From Bacteroidota bacterium (GTDB lineage Bacteria > Bacteroidota > Bacteroidia > Chitinophagales > Chitinophagaceae), in the NCBI GenBank assembly GCA_005882315.1, contig VBAR01000003.1, positions 252,907 through 316,906 of the forward strand: a DNA stretch of 64,000 nucleotides, read 5' to 3'. The notes under the pieces were generated by a model. It was not told the DNA's origin. It made no database searches and saw only the letters and a program-made list of their open reading frames with translations. The position numbers and the translations under genes are program-made. The stretch's first letter is position 1. Each line of letters starts with the position of its first letter. Below, in pieces: positions 38,600 through 48,624 of this stretch.

Positions 38600-40048
38600 T
38601 TAAAATGCTTTCTTCTCTGATGATTTCAGTTTTGGTAAATTAAAATCATCTAATGCACTTTTCTGTGCTATCATTTTTTCAATGTCTTCAATTTTTCGTG
38701 GAGCAAAATCGGAGAGAAGTTCATAGCCATCCTGGGTGATCAATGCATCATCTTCTATCCTTACAGCAATGCCCCACCATTTTTTATCGCAATCACTATT
38801 GCTGGGTATATAAATACCGGGTTCAATTGTAATTACCATATCTTTTTTTAACGGGCCTCTTGTATTCCTGTCATGTACATCCAACCCGATATGATGACCA
38901 AGGCCATGCGGGTAATATTTTTTAAAATCGCTTTTGTTTTTGATAATGCCCAGCGCAAACAAACCATCCTGCAATACTTTATCAGCTGCTGCAGATGCAT
39001 CTGTCATTTTTGCTCCATCCTTCAGCGTTTTAAATGCGGCTTCCTGCGCATCATAAACAATCTGGTAAATGGCTCTTTCTTCATCAGAAAATTTTCCATC
39101 TACCGGAACTGTCCTGGTTACATCAGCAGAATAACCATGATACTCTGCACCTACATCCATTAACAGCATACTGTTACCTATTTTTGTTTTTGTATTTTCC
39201 ATATAGTGCAGTATACAGCCATTTTCACCAGCGCCAATAATAGAACCATAACCAACACTTTCTGCCCCCTGCTTTTTGTGTACAAACTCATGCAGTCCCT
39301 GTATTTCCAGCTCACTCATATCAGGCCGGATAGCTTTCATTACTTCATTCTGTCCCTGGCAGCTTATCTCTACAGCTTTTCTTATCATCAGTTTTTCTTC
39401 AGGTGTTTTTATTTCCCGCAAGCCACCAGTAATATCCATAAATGATCTTGTGTCAAATCTTTTATCTCTTGATAATGTATCCGGCACCTTCGCTTTTGTT
39501 TTAAATTGTTCGATGAGATTATATAGATCAGATTCTCCAAAACGGTTACGACGCAGATCAGTAGGTAATTGTGTAAAAATGATCTTATCAAATTTTGAAA
39601 ATTCAATAGCAAAATTTTTAAACTCCTTACCATTGAGTGCCATGGTGAAACCTAGTTTTTCCTTTGCGCCTTCTGTGCCAAGTCGTTTACCATCCCATTG
39701 TTCCCGTTGCGCATTTCGTTCCTGAACAAATAAAATGTCTTTGTACTTTTCTCCGCTTTGACCGGTTTGTTCGTCTTTAAAAATCAACAGCATCGAATTA
39801 GGCTCTTTGTACCCGGTGAAATAATACATATCCGGGTTCTGATGAAATAGATAGCTTACATCATTTGAATAGTTTCTTTCGGGATAAGCAAATACGATCA
39901 TTACCGAATTAGACGGCATCATTTGCCTTGCGGCATCGCGACGTCCGGCATGAAATTCTTTGGAAAAATAGTCCTGTGGTAAATCGTCCTGGGCAAGGAT
40001 GGATAAAAACACAATTGATAAAATAGAAGTTAAGATGGCTTGTTTCAT
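38600..40048 (-). CDS. Xaa-Pro aminopeptidase (M24B, aminopeptidase P-like), secreted
   Basis: Signal peptide and an AMP_N-like N-terminal domain. M24 metal ligand blocks DVGAEYHGYSADVTRT, HGLGHHIGLDVHD, EPGIY and RIEDD. Confidence 0.9.
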   Translation of the reverse strand: MKQAILTSILSIVFLSILAQDDLPQDYFSKEFHAGRRDAARQMMPSNSVMIVFAYPERNYSNDVSYLFHQNPDMYYFTGYKEPNSMLLIFKDEQTGQSGEKYKDILFVQERNAQREQWDGKRLGTEGAKEKLGFTMALNGKEFKNFAIEFSKFDKIIFTQLPTDLRRNRFGESDLYNLIEQFKTKAKVPDTLSRDKRFDTRSFMDITGGLREIKTPEEKLMIRKAVEISCQGQNEVMKAIRPDMSELEIQGLHEFVHKKQGAESVGYGSIIGAGENGCILHYMENTKTKIGNSMLLMDVGAEYHGYSADVTRTVPVDGKFSDEERAIYQIVYDAQEAAFKTLKDGAKMTDASAAADKVLQDGLFALGIIKNKSDFKKYYPHGLGHHIGLDVHDRNTRGPLKKDMVITIEPGIYIPSNSDCDKKWWGIAVRIEDDALITQDGYELLSDFAPRKIEDIEKMIAQKSALDDFNLPKLKSSEKKAF

Positions 40049-40126
40049 AATAAAAAAATTGCAGGAATAAATATAGATTATTCCTGCAATGCGACACCTG
40101 GAATTATATGAATGGAAAATCAGTTC

Positions 40127-40396
40127 TTATTCTTCGTCATCTTCATAAAATATATCCTCGCTTGGAATATTGTAGTGCTGCTTCCATGCCTGTACTGTTT
40201 CATCGGTCAGGCATTCGATGATGTCAAATAAAGTATCCTTCTTCATCTTCCAGCAGGTTTCTGCCGGGTTATCAAAATCCTGAACATATAGACAATGGTC
40301 ACTTTCTACAGCCACCTGTATCATTTTTACATTTGATTCCTCTTTCTCTTTAACGAGATAATAGCAACCTGTTTCGAGTAGTTCATAAGTGTACAT
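40127..40396 (-). CDS. small acidic hypothetical protein
   Basis: The internal ATG (MYTYELLETG...) is preferred over the track start at 40522. About 89 aa with an acidic C-terminus (YEDDEE). Confidence 0.4.
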   Translation of the reverse strand: MYTYELLETGCYYLVKEKEESNVKMIQVAVESDHCLYVQDFDNPAETCWKMKKDTLFDIIECLTDETVQAWKQHYNIPSEDIFYEDDEE

Positions 40397-40665
40397 AAAC
40401 ACCTCCGCTTTTAGTTTTTCAAAAATCAATCCGCGAATTAGTATGGGTAGTAATGGAATCGGGCGGGTACATTTCAGTTCTTTCAGAAAGTGAAGCCGGA
40501 TTCGTATTTCAAATTTCCGCAATCAGGGGCAGAAATCTCAATGCTGGGAAAAATAAATTTTGAACGGCCTGTGGACAAATTTTTACTTCTGATTTTCAGC
40601 AACTTGGACGGGTTGGAGAAATTAAATTTGAGAGAACCATTAACGGTTTAATGGAGAATCAGGGG

Positions 40666-41268
40666 CTAAATCTTAAATCCGGTAGGGCCGGGTTTCTTAT
40701 TTGCAGCGGCCATTAATACGGTTTGTTTGATCCTAGCTTGCCTCGTTTCTGGTCGTTTTGCGCTATCAACCCAGAATAAAAATCGCTTCCGGTAACTCGG
40801 TGAAAACGACTTGAAATTATTCATCGCTGCCTTGTTTTTATTCAGCGCTTTTTCAAGGTCAGGTGGGACTGTATTATTATCTGCATGCAAGTCCGAAGCA
40901 TTAAGTGTGTCCCATGAACCATTCGTTTTAGCCAGTTCAATTTTTGCAAGACCGGCAGCCGTCATCAGGTTGTCTTTTATAAGCCGATCTATTCTTTGCT
41001 TATTTATTTTACTCCATACACTTTTTGGTTTGCGTGGTGAATACTTTAGCATTGCTCGTTCATTGTCTAATTTCCGGGGCAGGCTATCGATCCACCCAAA
41101 ACATAAAGCTTCTTCTACTGCATCGGCATAGCTGAGTTTTCTTTTACCCGTTTCGGTTTTGTAATAGATCAACCAGATCCCGGGATAGGTTGCATGATTT
41201 TTCTCCAGCCATTTTCGCCATTGGCTGCGTGTTTTCGGGTGGAATGTTTTATAGTCGGGTGCAGGCAT
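40666..41268 (-). CDS. YdeI/OmpD-associated family protein
   Basis: 200 aa. The pattern ...EALCFGWIDS...WSKINK...FSPSYRKRFLFWV..AKRPETR..RI matches the YdeI bacteriocin-protection family as I recall it. Confidence 0.7.
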   Translation of the reverse strand: MPAPDYKTFHPKTRSQWRKWLEKNHATYPGIWLIYYKTETGKRKLSYADAVEEALCFGWIDSLPRKLDNERAMLKYSPRKPKSVWSKINKQRIDRLIKDNLMTAAGLAKIELAKTNGSWDTLNASDLHADNNTVPPDLEKALNKNKAAMNNFKSFSPSYRKRFLFWVDSAKRPETRQARIKQTVLMAAANKKPGPTGFKI

Positions 41269-41343
41269 ACAGAATGAAATTACAGGTTTATTTTATTCAC
41301 AACAGTTAATAACTACGTCAGAATCTTGCATTGCCTGTTTCGG

Positions 41344-41351
41344 TATATTTG
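41344..41351 (+). promoter_or_regulatory. candidate Bacteroidetes sigma-A -7 box upstream of parE
   Basis: TATATTTG matches the TAnnTTTG consensus, 79 nt upstream of the parE ATG. No TSS data are available. Confidence 0.3.
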
Positions 41352-41429
41352 CCCGGTTATAAAAACAGGAAATTGGGTAATAAAGCCGATAACCAAACAG
41401 AAAAACTAACGAACTAAAACGTACCGACG

Positions 41430-43322
41430 ATGGCAAAAGAAAAAGAAGTAAATCTCTTTGAGTACAACGAAGCGTCGATCAAAACCCTCGATTGGCAGGA
41501 GCATATCCGCCTGCGACCCGGAATGTATATTGGTAAACTGGGCGATGGTTCTTCCCCCGATGATGGCATTTATGTGCTTGTAAAAGAAGTAGTGGATAAC
41601 TGTATTGATGAGTATGCAATGGGACATGGCAAGACAGTTGAAATAACTGTTGATAAGACTTCAGTTACCGTTCGTGACTATGGCCGTGGCATCCCACTGG
41701 GTAAAGTGGTAGATGTTGTAAGCAAAGTAAATACCGGTGCCAAGTTTGACAGTAAAGTATTTCAGAAATCAGTCGGCCTGAATGGTGTGGGTACAAAAGC
41801 TGTGAATGCATTGAGCAATTATTTTAAAGTAACAGCATTCAGAGAAGGAAAAGAAAAAACAGCAGAGTTTGCAAAAGGAATATTAAAGAAAGAACATAAG
41901 GAAGCAAAGACTTCGGAGAGTAATGGCACAATGGTTTCATTTACTCCGGATGAAACCATGTTTAAGAATTATAAGTTTCACCCTGAGTTCCTGGAAAGCC
42001 AGATATGGAATTACTGTTACCTGAATGCAGGATTAAAAATTGTTTTTAACGGAAAGAGTTTTGTGAGTAAAAATGGCTTGCTCGATTTGCTGCAGCGCAA
42101 AACCAATGAAGATGAGATCCGTTATCCCATCATACATCTAAGCGGTGATGATATTGAAGTAGCTATTACGCATAACAACGATTATGGTGAAGACATTTAC
42201 AGTTTTGTAAATGGCCAGCATACCACACAGGGCGGTACACACCAGCAGGCTTTTCGTGAAGCATATGTAAAAACCATCCGTGATTTTTATAAAAAGGATT
42301 ATGATGCGGCTGATATAAGAACCGGTATTGTGGCTGCAGTTTCTGTTCGTGTGGTAGAGCCTGTATTTGAAAGCCAGACAAAAACAAAACTCGGTTCTGT
42401 GAATGTGGACATAGAAGGGCCGACAATGAAAAACTTTATTGGTGATTTTCTTTCTAAGGAATTGGAAATCTATTTACATAAAAATCCGTCTACTGCAGAA
42501 TCGCTGAAGAAGCGTATTGAACAAAGTGAAAAAGAAAGAAAAGAACTTTCAGGTATTCGTAAACTGGCGAATGAAAGAGCTAAGAAGGCAAACCTGCATA
42601 ACCGCAAGTTGCGTGACTGTCGTTATCATTTTAATGATGAACCACCTAATAAAGGAAAAGAAGAATTTGTAGCAAAGCTTCATGAAACGACTGTCTTCAT
42701 TACTGAAGGTGATAGTGCCAGTGGTTCAATAACAAAATCACGGAATGTAGAAACTCAGGCTGTATTCAGCTTGAGGGGCAAGCCACTCAACTGTTATGGA
42801 CTTACCAAAAAAGTGGTTTATGAAAATGAAGAGTTTAATCTCTTGCAACATGCGTTGAATATTGAAGATGGATTGGAAGGCTTACGTTATAACAATATCG
42901 TAATAGCAACCGATGCCGATGTGGATGGTATGCATATTCGTTTGCTGCTAATGACTTTCTTTCTGCAATTCTTTCCTGACCTGGTGAAGCATGAAAAAGT
43001 ATATGTGCTGGAAACACCATTGTTCCGCGTACGCAACAAGCAGGAAACAATTTATTGCTACAGCGAAGCAGAAAAACAGAATGCCGTAAAGAAACTTGGA
43101 AGCAAGCCGGAGATAACACGTTTCAAAGGTTTAGGAGAAATAAGCCCTGATGAGTTTGCATTGTTTATTGGAGCTGATATGCGTAAACGATTAATGCATC
43201 TTGAGCAAGGCGAACATATACAGGCTTTGCTTGAATACTATATGGGCAAGAACACAATGGAACGGCAGGAGTTTATTATTGAAAACCTTAAAGTCGAATT
43301 AGACATTGTAGAAGAAGTTTAA
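41430..43322 (+). CDS. parE: DNA topoisomerase IV subunit B (type IIA topoisomerase ATPase subunit)
   Basis: GHKL ATPase ([15 protein letters not shown]), TOPRIM ([18 protein letters not shown]), SLRGKPLN. At 630 aa it lacks the GyrB-specific length. Its partner A subunit lies downstream in the same orientation. Confidence 0.85.
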   Translation: MAKEKEVNLFEYNEASIKTLDWQEHIRLRPGMYIGKLGDGSSPDDGIYVLVKEVVDNCIDEYAMGHGKTVEITVDKTSVTVRDYGRGIPLGKVVDVVSKVNTGAKFDSKVFQKSVGLNGVGTKAVNALSNYFKVTAFREGKEKTAEFAKGILKKEHKEAKTSESNGTMVSFTPDETMFKNYKFHPEFLESQIWNYCYLNAGLKIVFNGKSFVSKNGLLDLLQRKTNEDEIRYPIIHLSGDDIEVAITHNNDYGEDIYSFVNGQHTTQGGTHQQAFREAYVKTIRDFYKKDYDAADIRTGIVAAVSVRVVEPVFESQTKTKLGSVNVDIEGPTMKNFIGDFLSKELEIYLHKNPSTAESLKKRIEQSEKERKELSGIRKLANERAKKANLHNRKLRDCRYHFNDEPPNKGKEEFVAKLHETTVFITEGDSASGSITKSRNVETQAVFSLRGKPLNCYGLTKKVVYENEEFNLLQHALNIEDGLEGLRYNNIVIATDADVDGMHIRLLLMTFFLQFFPDLVKHEKVYVLETPLFRVRNKQETIYCYSEAEKQNAVKKLGSKPEITRFKGLGEISPDEFALFIGADMRKRLMHLEQGEHIQALLEYYMGKNTMERQEFIIENLKVELDIVEEV

Positions 43323-43378
43323 TTCTTATTTACCCCCTGAATAAGTTAGATATCATACGAAAATCAAAATCATTATTC

Positions 43379-44062
43379 ATGAAGTGGAAACTTCATGGAC
43401 TTGTAGAGCCATTTGCAGGAGTGATGAAGAATGCGGCTTATATGAGCAATATAAGTAAATGGAGAAGCAACACGAAAGTGAATGGGTATAATGATTGGTA
43501 CCTGGGCAAATGGGATTATAATAAACGATACGATCTTTATGAATCGTTGATACAATCAGAGAAGCTGGATACAGAAGCAATAGATTATCTCGAATTTGGA
43601 GTTAGTAGTGGACATTCTTTTAAATGGTGGCTGGAACATAATAAAAACCCAGGTTCATCATTTCACGGCTTTGACACATTTGAAGGATTGCCGGAGAACT
43701 GGGGACATTTTGATAAAGGGGCAATGGCGGTTGCATTGGAGTCACTTAATATCACTGATTCAAGGGCTCATTTTTATAAAGGATTATTCCAGGATACATT
43801 GATCCCTTTTTTGAATGAGTATAAAAATGAAAGACGCAAACTGATCCATATGGATGCTGATCTTTTCAGCTCTACGATCTTTTCTTTATCACAGCTGTAC
43901 CGGTTTTTAAACGAGGGAGACATAATTTTGTTCGATGAATTTGCAGTGCCGAAACATGAATTTGCGGCGTTTAAAATATTCACAGAAAGTTTTTATGTGA
44001 ACTATGAAGTGATTGGTGCAGCTAATAATTATCTGTTTGTAGCAATTAAAATAAAGAAGTAA
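43379..44062 (+). CDS. TylF/macrocin-O-methyltransferase-like class I SAM-dependent methyltransferase
   Basis: Motifs LEFGVSSGHS, FDTFEGLPE and HMDADLFSST in the order typical of the TylF family. Confidence 0.65.
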   Translation: MKWKLHGLVEPFAGVMKNAAYMSNISKWRSNTKVNGYNDWYLGKWDYNKRYDLYESLIQSEKLDTEAIDYLEFGVSSGHSFKWWLEHNKNPGSSFHGFDTFEGLPENWGHFDKGAMAVALESLNITDSRAHFYKGLFQDTLIPFLNEYKNERRKLIHMDADLFSSTIFSLSQLYRFLNEGDIILFDEFAVPKHEFAAFKIFTESFYVNYEVIGAANNYLFVAIKIKK

Positions 44063-44064
44063 GA

Positions 44065-44847
44065 ATGTTTGAATTTCATGCAGACAGGAAAAGATATTTT
44101 GATATACAGGTGTTAAACGCTGAGAAATATGTCATTCCTTTTATTGAGCAAAGTTTTAAGATAACTCCCGGTATGCGGATATTAGAAATTGGCTGCGGCG
44201 AGGCGGGGGTTTTGAAAGGATTTATCAACAAAGGCTGTTTTGGAATGGGGGTGGAGCTGGATGCGCCACGAATTGAACATGCAAAAGAATACCTTGCAGA
44301 TGATTTTGTAGCTGGCAGAATTCAGTTCATTTCAAAAGATATTTATAAAGTAGATGCGGAAAAAGAGTTGGGCGGGTTTTATGATGTAGTTGTTTTGAAA
44401 GATGTGATCGAACATATACATGATCAGCCTAAGCTGATCGGCTGGATGAAGAATTTTTTAAAACCGGGAGGTGTAATATTTTTTGGGTTTCCGCCCTGGT
44501 ATATGCCTTATGGTGGCCACCAGCAAATGTGCAGATCATGGATGCGCAAAATTCCGTGGATACATTTGTTGCCACGAAGCACTTATGGTTGGTTGCTGAG
44601 AAAGAATAAAGAAAGTGCTGATGATCTGCTGGAAGTAAAAGATACCGGCATCAGTATAGAGCGGTTTGAAAGGATCTGTAATGAGCAGGGATATAAAATT
44701 GAAAACAAAACTCATTACTTACTCAACCCGATCTATGAATGGAAATTTGGCTATAAAGCGAGAAAGCAATTCGGTTTGATAAAGTCAATTCCATTTGTAA
44801 GAAATTTTTTTACGACTTGTGTTTATTATTTAATTAAAGTGAAATAA
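44065..44847 (+). CDS. class I SAM-dependent methyltransferase
   Basis: Motif I RILEIGCGEAG, acidic loop GVELD, and post-I/II motifs (VVVLKDVIEHI, LKPGGVIFF). Confidence 0.75.
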   Translation: MFEFHADRKRYFDIQVLNAEKYVIPFIEQSFKITPGMRILEIGCGEAGVLKGFINKGCFGMGVELDAPRIEHAKEYLADDFVAGRIQFISKDIYKVDAEKELGGFYDVVVLKDVIEHIHDQPKLIGWMKNFLKPGGVIFFGFPPWYMPYGGHQQMCRSWMRKIPWIHLLPRSTYGWLLRKNKESADDLLEVKDTGISIERFERICNEQGYKIENKTHYLLNPIYEWKFGYKARKQFGLIKSIPFVRNFFTTCVYYLIKVK

Positions 44848-44852
44848 AGGTT

Positions 44853-45704
44853 ATGATACATGTAGTTTTTCAAGAATCAGATGTTGATGTATTGCAGCAG
44901 GCAATAGAACTCGACGAAACATTGAAAGGTGAAATTTTTCAGATCAAAGATGACCTGGGAGTTGGTCCGCTTAACGGGCTGGATACTGACGAAGGCTGGA
45001 AAGCAAGAGAGGATTGGTGGAGAGAGTTGTTAAAAAATTCACCTTATGGTGAAAAATTGGTTGGAAGTTTTGATGATCGGGAAACAATGAAGCAACTGAT
45101 GACAGCATTAGATGCAGATGAAACACAGGAAGCATGGATATGGATGGGGCAGAACCAACATGATGTAACTGGTTACTTCTGGCTGATGCCACAACTAAGA
45201 AAATACCAGGGGAGGCTGATGATCGTATACCTGAATAATCTTCCTTTCATCAATGATAAAGGACAGATATTTTACCCATTGAAAGTGCATGATGTATTGC
45301 CAAAGGAAATTGTGAAAGCAAAAAAATTGTCAAGACCTATTACATTGAGTGAATTTGAAGTGGATCCGGATGAGTGGAAAAAATTGATAGATGAAAACGC
45401 TGCAGTAAGAATACTTGAAGGTGGGAAAAAAATAGCCGGCAAAGAAGTTAGTTTTTATGATGGAGAGATTTTAAAGAACATTACTCCTGAGTGGCAGAAA
45501 GCAACAAGGGTATTGACAAATACATTACATCGGATGAAGATAAAAACAGGCGATGTGTATATCATGTGGCGTATGAAGCAACTGATTGCCGATGGAAAGA
45601 TTGAAGCAACAGGTGAAATTGAAAAAGGATGGAAAGATTTTGATGTGAGAAAGGCAGGTGCTGTTTCTGCAGAAGCAGTTTCATCGGAAGTTGAAACCAA
45701 TTAG
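44853..45704 (+). CDS. DUF1835/DUF3658-like protein
   Basis: The N-terminus MIHVVFQESDVDVLQQA...DDLGVGPL resembles the DUF1835 start. This assignment is from memory and unverified. Confidence 0.55.
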   Translation: MIHVVFQESDVDVLQQAIELDETLKGEIFQIKDDLGVGPLNGLDTDEGWKAREDWWRELLKNSPYGEKLVGSFDDRETMKQLMTALDADETQEAWIWMGQNQHDVTGYFWLMPQLRKYQGRLMIVYLNNLPFINDKGQIFYPLKVHDVLPKEIVKAKKLSRPITLSEFEVDPDEWKKLIDENAAVRILEGGKKIAGKEVSFYDGEILKNITPEWQKATRVLTNTLHRMKIKTGDVYIMWRMKQLIADGKIEATGEIEKGWKDFDVRKAGAVSAEAVSSEVETN

Positions 45705-45705
45705 T

Positions 45706-46059
45706 ATGAAAAATATTCTCAAACTGGAAGAAGCAGCCATGTTTGCTCTCAGCATTTATGGATTGTATTCCTTACAGGCAGAATGGTGGTGGTTTGCATT
45801 GCTGGTTCTCGGGCCAGATATAAGTATGTTAGGTTACCTGGCAGGAAATAATGTAGGCGCTGCCTGTTATAATTTATTTCATCATAAAGCAGTGGCCGTT
45901 GTAATTTTTATGGCTGGATTGCTTATGCCCAACCTGTTATTGCAATTGGTGGGAATTGTCTTGTTCGGTCATTCTTCAATGGACAGGATGATGGGTTATG
46001 GCCTTAAAACATCTGAAGGATTTAAATACACACATTTAGGAATAATAGGAAAACAATAA
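45706..46059 (+). CDS. small membrane protein (DUF4260-like)
   Basis: The ATG at 45706 (MKNILKLEEAAMF...) is 1 nt after the upstream stop. About 117 aa with 3-4 TM helices. The track start at 45658 overlaps the previous gene and was rejected. Confidence 0.6.
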   Translation: MKNILKLEEAAMFALSIYGLYSLQAEWWWFALLVLGPDISMLGYLAGNNVGAACYNLFHHKAVAVVIFMAGLLMPNLLLQLVGIVLFGHSSMDRMMGYGLKTSEGFKYTHLGIIGKQ

Positions 46060-46062
46060 AAA

Positions 46063-48585
46063 ATGAGTGCAGCAAAAAATAAACTGAAAGAGATTGAAAA
46101 CAATGATACCGGATTGCACGGCCAGTATAAAACATGGTTTTTGGATTATGCATCCTATGTAATACTAGAAAGAGCTGTTCCGGCGATTGAGGATGGATTA
46201 AAACCTGTACAGCGCCGCATCCTTCATGCGATGAAGGAAATGGATGACGGACGTTTTAATAAAGTAGCAAATGTGATCGGGCAAACTATGCAATATCATC
46301 CGCATGGTGATGCAAGCATTGGTGATGCGCTGGTGAATATCGGGCAGAAAGACCTGATGATAGAAACACAGGGTAACTGGGGTGATGTAAGAACAGGTGA
46401 TGAAGCCGCAGCTCCGCGTTATATCGAAGGACGATTGAGCAAGTTTGCACTTGAAGTTGCTTTTAATGCTAAAATAACCGAGTGGCAATTAAGCTATGAT
46501 GGAAGAAAGAATGAACCGGTGACATTGCCGATGAAGTTTCCTTTGCTGCTTGCACAAGGCGCAGATGGAATTGCGGTTGGTCTTTCAACAAAAATTCTTC
46601 CTCATAATTTCTGTGAATTGATCGAAGCATCTATAAAACATTTACGTGGTAAGCGTTTTGAATTGTATCCCGATTTTCAAACCGGCGGGCAGATAGATGT
46701 GGATGAATATAACCAGGGTAAACGCGGTGGTAAAGTAAAAGTGAGGGCACATATTGAAGAGTTGGATAAGAAAACGCTGGCTATCCGTAGTGTTCCGTAT
46801 GGAGTTACTACCACACAAGTGATGGATAGTATTGTAAAGGCAAACGACCAGGGAAAAATTAAAATCAAAAAAGTAACAGATAATACGGCTGCTGATGTAG
46901 AGATACAGGTTGACCTGGCACCGGGAATTTCGCCAGACATTACAATTGATGCACTGTATAAATTCACCGACTGTGAAATTTCTATTTCTCCAAATGCTTG
47001 TGTGATCGTTGCACAGAAACCGCAGTTCCTTACCGTGACTGAGTTGTTACGAATTTCAACTGACCATACTAAAGATTTGCTGCAGCAGGAATTAAAGATC
47101 AAGTTGAGTGAGTTGCAGGAAAAATGGCATTATACTTCACTAGAAAAGATCTTCTTTGAAGAAAAGATTTATAAAGAGCTGGAAAAAAAGCATGCTACAT
47201 GGGATAAAGTGTTGGAAGCAATTGACGATGCATTTAAACCATTCAAGAAACAATTAAAAAGAGAAATTACAAGAGAAGATATAATTAAGCTTACTGAAAA
47301 ACCAGTACGTCGTATCTATAAACTTGATATCGATGAACTGAATGACCATATCAAAGGATTAGAAGCCGATATTAAAGCGGTAAAACATGATCTGGCCAAC
47401 CTGGTAGATTTTGCCGTAAACTATTTCGAAAATCTGTTGAAGAAGTATGGTAAAGACCGGGAACGCAAAACAGAGATCAAACAATTTGAAGTGATCCAAA
47501 CAAAGCATGTTGCTATTATCAATACTAAAATTTATGTGAACCGCGAAGATGGGTTCATCGGTACATCGCTCAAAAAAGATGAGTTCGTTTTGGATTGCTC
47601 GGATATGGATGATCTGATTGTCTTTACCAAGCAGGGAATTATGAAAGTGGTAAAAGTGGCTGATAAGTCTTATATCGGTAAAGACATCATGCATGCTGCC
47701 GTTTTTCAAAAAAATGATGAACGGACCACTTACAATATGATATATATGGATGGTAAAACCGGTAAGAGTTTTGCAAAACGTTTTAATGTAACCGGTGTTA
47801 CCCGTGATAAGGAATACTTCCTGGCGAATGATCATGAAAGAAGCAAAGTGCATTACCTCAGTATAAATCCAAATGCAGAAGCAGAAATTATAAAAATTGT
47901 ACTCACTCCGGGTTGTAAGGCACATAAAAAAGAATTCGAATACAATTTCAGTGAGTTGGAGATCACGGGCCGTAGCAGTAAAGGGATCACTGTAACTAAA
48001 TACCCGATCAAATCAGATGGAGTGAAACTGAAAGAGGCTGGTGTTTCTACCATTGCCGGTAAAAAACTATGGTATGATGATCAGTTTGGAAGATTGAGTA
48101 CCGAAGAGAAAGGAAGGTTTATAGGTACATATGAACCTGATGATAAAATACTCGTGGCAATGAATGATGGCAATTATATGATCACTGACCAGGAACTCTC
48201 ACAGAAATTCGATGCGGAGAAAGTTTTGCTGATCGAAAAATTCAATCCGGAGAAAACAATTACTGCGGTATATGCTGATATGGATAAGAAGCAATTCATG
48301 GCTAAGCGTTTTAAAATTGAAACGACGACACTCCGGAATAAATTCATGTTCATCAAAGAAGGCGAAGGGAATTATGTTGCCGCAGTTAGTACAGATGAAG
48401 AGCCAGTATTATCCGTTCAGCAGGGCAGGGGAGCACAAGTGAGAAAAGGTAAATTGAAGATCGCAAAAATTGCTGAGATCAGTGGATGGAGAACTGTTGG
48501 TACAAGATTATTGGATTACAGCAAGAGTGTGGAAATGGAATGGGTGAAACAGAAGGGAGGACAACAGGCCGAATTATTCAACTAA
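46063..48585 (+). CDS. parC: DNA topoisomerase IV subunit A
   Basis: LKPVQRRILHAM, and the active-site Tyr block AAPRYIEGRL. 840 aa. I could not find a GyrA-box (QRRGGKG-like) in the C-terminal domain. Confidence 0.85.
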   Translation: MSAAKNKLKEIENNDTGLHGQYKTWFLDYASYVILERAVPAIEDGLKPVQRRILHAMKEMDDGRFNKVANVIGQTMQYHPHGDASIGDALVNIGQKDLMIETQGNWGDVRTGDEAAAPRYIEGRLSKFALEVAFNAKITEWQLSYDGRKNEPVTLPMKFPLLLAQGADGIAVGLSTKILPHNFCELIEASIKHLRGKRFELYPDFQTGGQIDVDEYNQGKRGGKVKVRAHIEELDKKTLAIRSVPYGVTTTQVMDSIVKANDQGKIKIKKVTDNTAADVEIQVDLAPGISPDITIDALYKFTDCEISISPNACVIVAQKPQFLTVTELLRISTDHTKDLLQQELKIKLSELQEKWHYTSLEKIFFEEKIYKELEKKHATWDKVLEAIDDAFKPFKKQLKREITREDIIKLTEKPVRRIYKLDIDELNDHIKGLEADIKAVKHDLANLVDFAVNYFENLLKKYGKDRERKTEIKQFEVIQTKHVAIINTKIYVNREDGFIGTSLKKDEFVLDCSDMDDLIVFTKQGIMKVVKVADKSYIGKDIMHAAVFQKNDERTTYNMIYMDGKTGKSFAKRFNVTGVTRDKEYFLANDHERSKVHYLSINPNAEAEIIKIVLTPGCKAHKKEFEYNFSELEITGRSSKGITVTKYPIKSDGVKLKEAGVSTIAGKKLWYDDQFGRLSTEEKGRFIGTYEPDDKILVAMNDGNYMITDQELSQKFDAEKVLLIEKFNPEKTITAVYADMDKKQFMAKRFKIETTTLRNKFMFIKEGEGNYVAAVSTDEEPVLSVQQGRGAQVRKGKLKIAKIAEISGWRTVGTRLLDYSKSVEMEWVKQKGGQQAELFN

Positions 48586-48592
48586 AATTTTT

Positions 48593-48624
48593 AATGCTCA
48601 ATTCTAGTTGAGCATTTTTATTTC
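48593..48624 (+). terminator. rho-independent terminator after parC
   Basis: aatgctcaa / ttctag / ttgagcatt followed by ttt-a-ttt. It overlaps the stop codon of the convergent gene. Confidence 0.6.

Noticed and set aside
39276-39725. 149-aa plus-strand ORF, plus neighbouring plus-strand ORFs at 38873-39445
   Set aside because: They are antisense inside the M24B aminopeptidase gene, which has all its metal-ligand motifs. The translations are Ser/Phe-rich junk.
46677-47925. 141-aa (46677-47102) and 188-aa (47359-47925) minus-strand ORFs
   Set aside because: Both are antisense within parC. Neither has a recognisable motif, a signal peptide or a plausible start context.
41430-48585. Alternative reading of the two type IIA topoisomerase genes as gyrB/gyrA
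   Set aside because: The B subunit is short (630 aa). The A subunit has KPVQRRIL and AAPRYIE, and I could find no GyrA-box in its C-terminal domain. Both points favour topoisomerase IV. A phylogeny would settle it.
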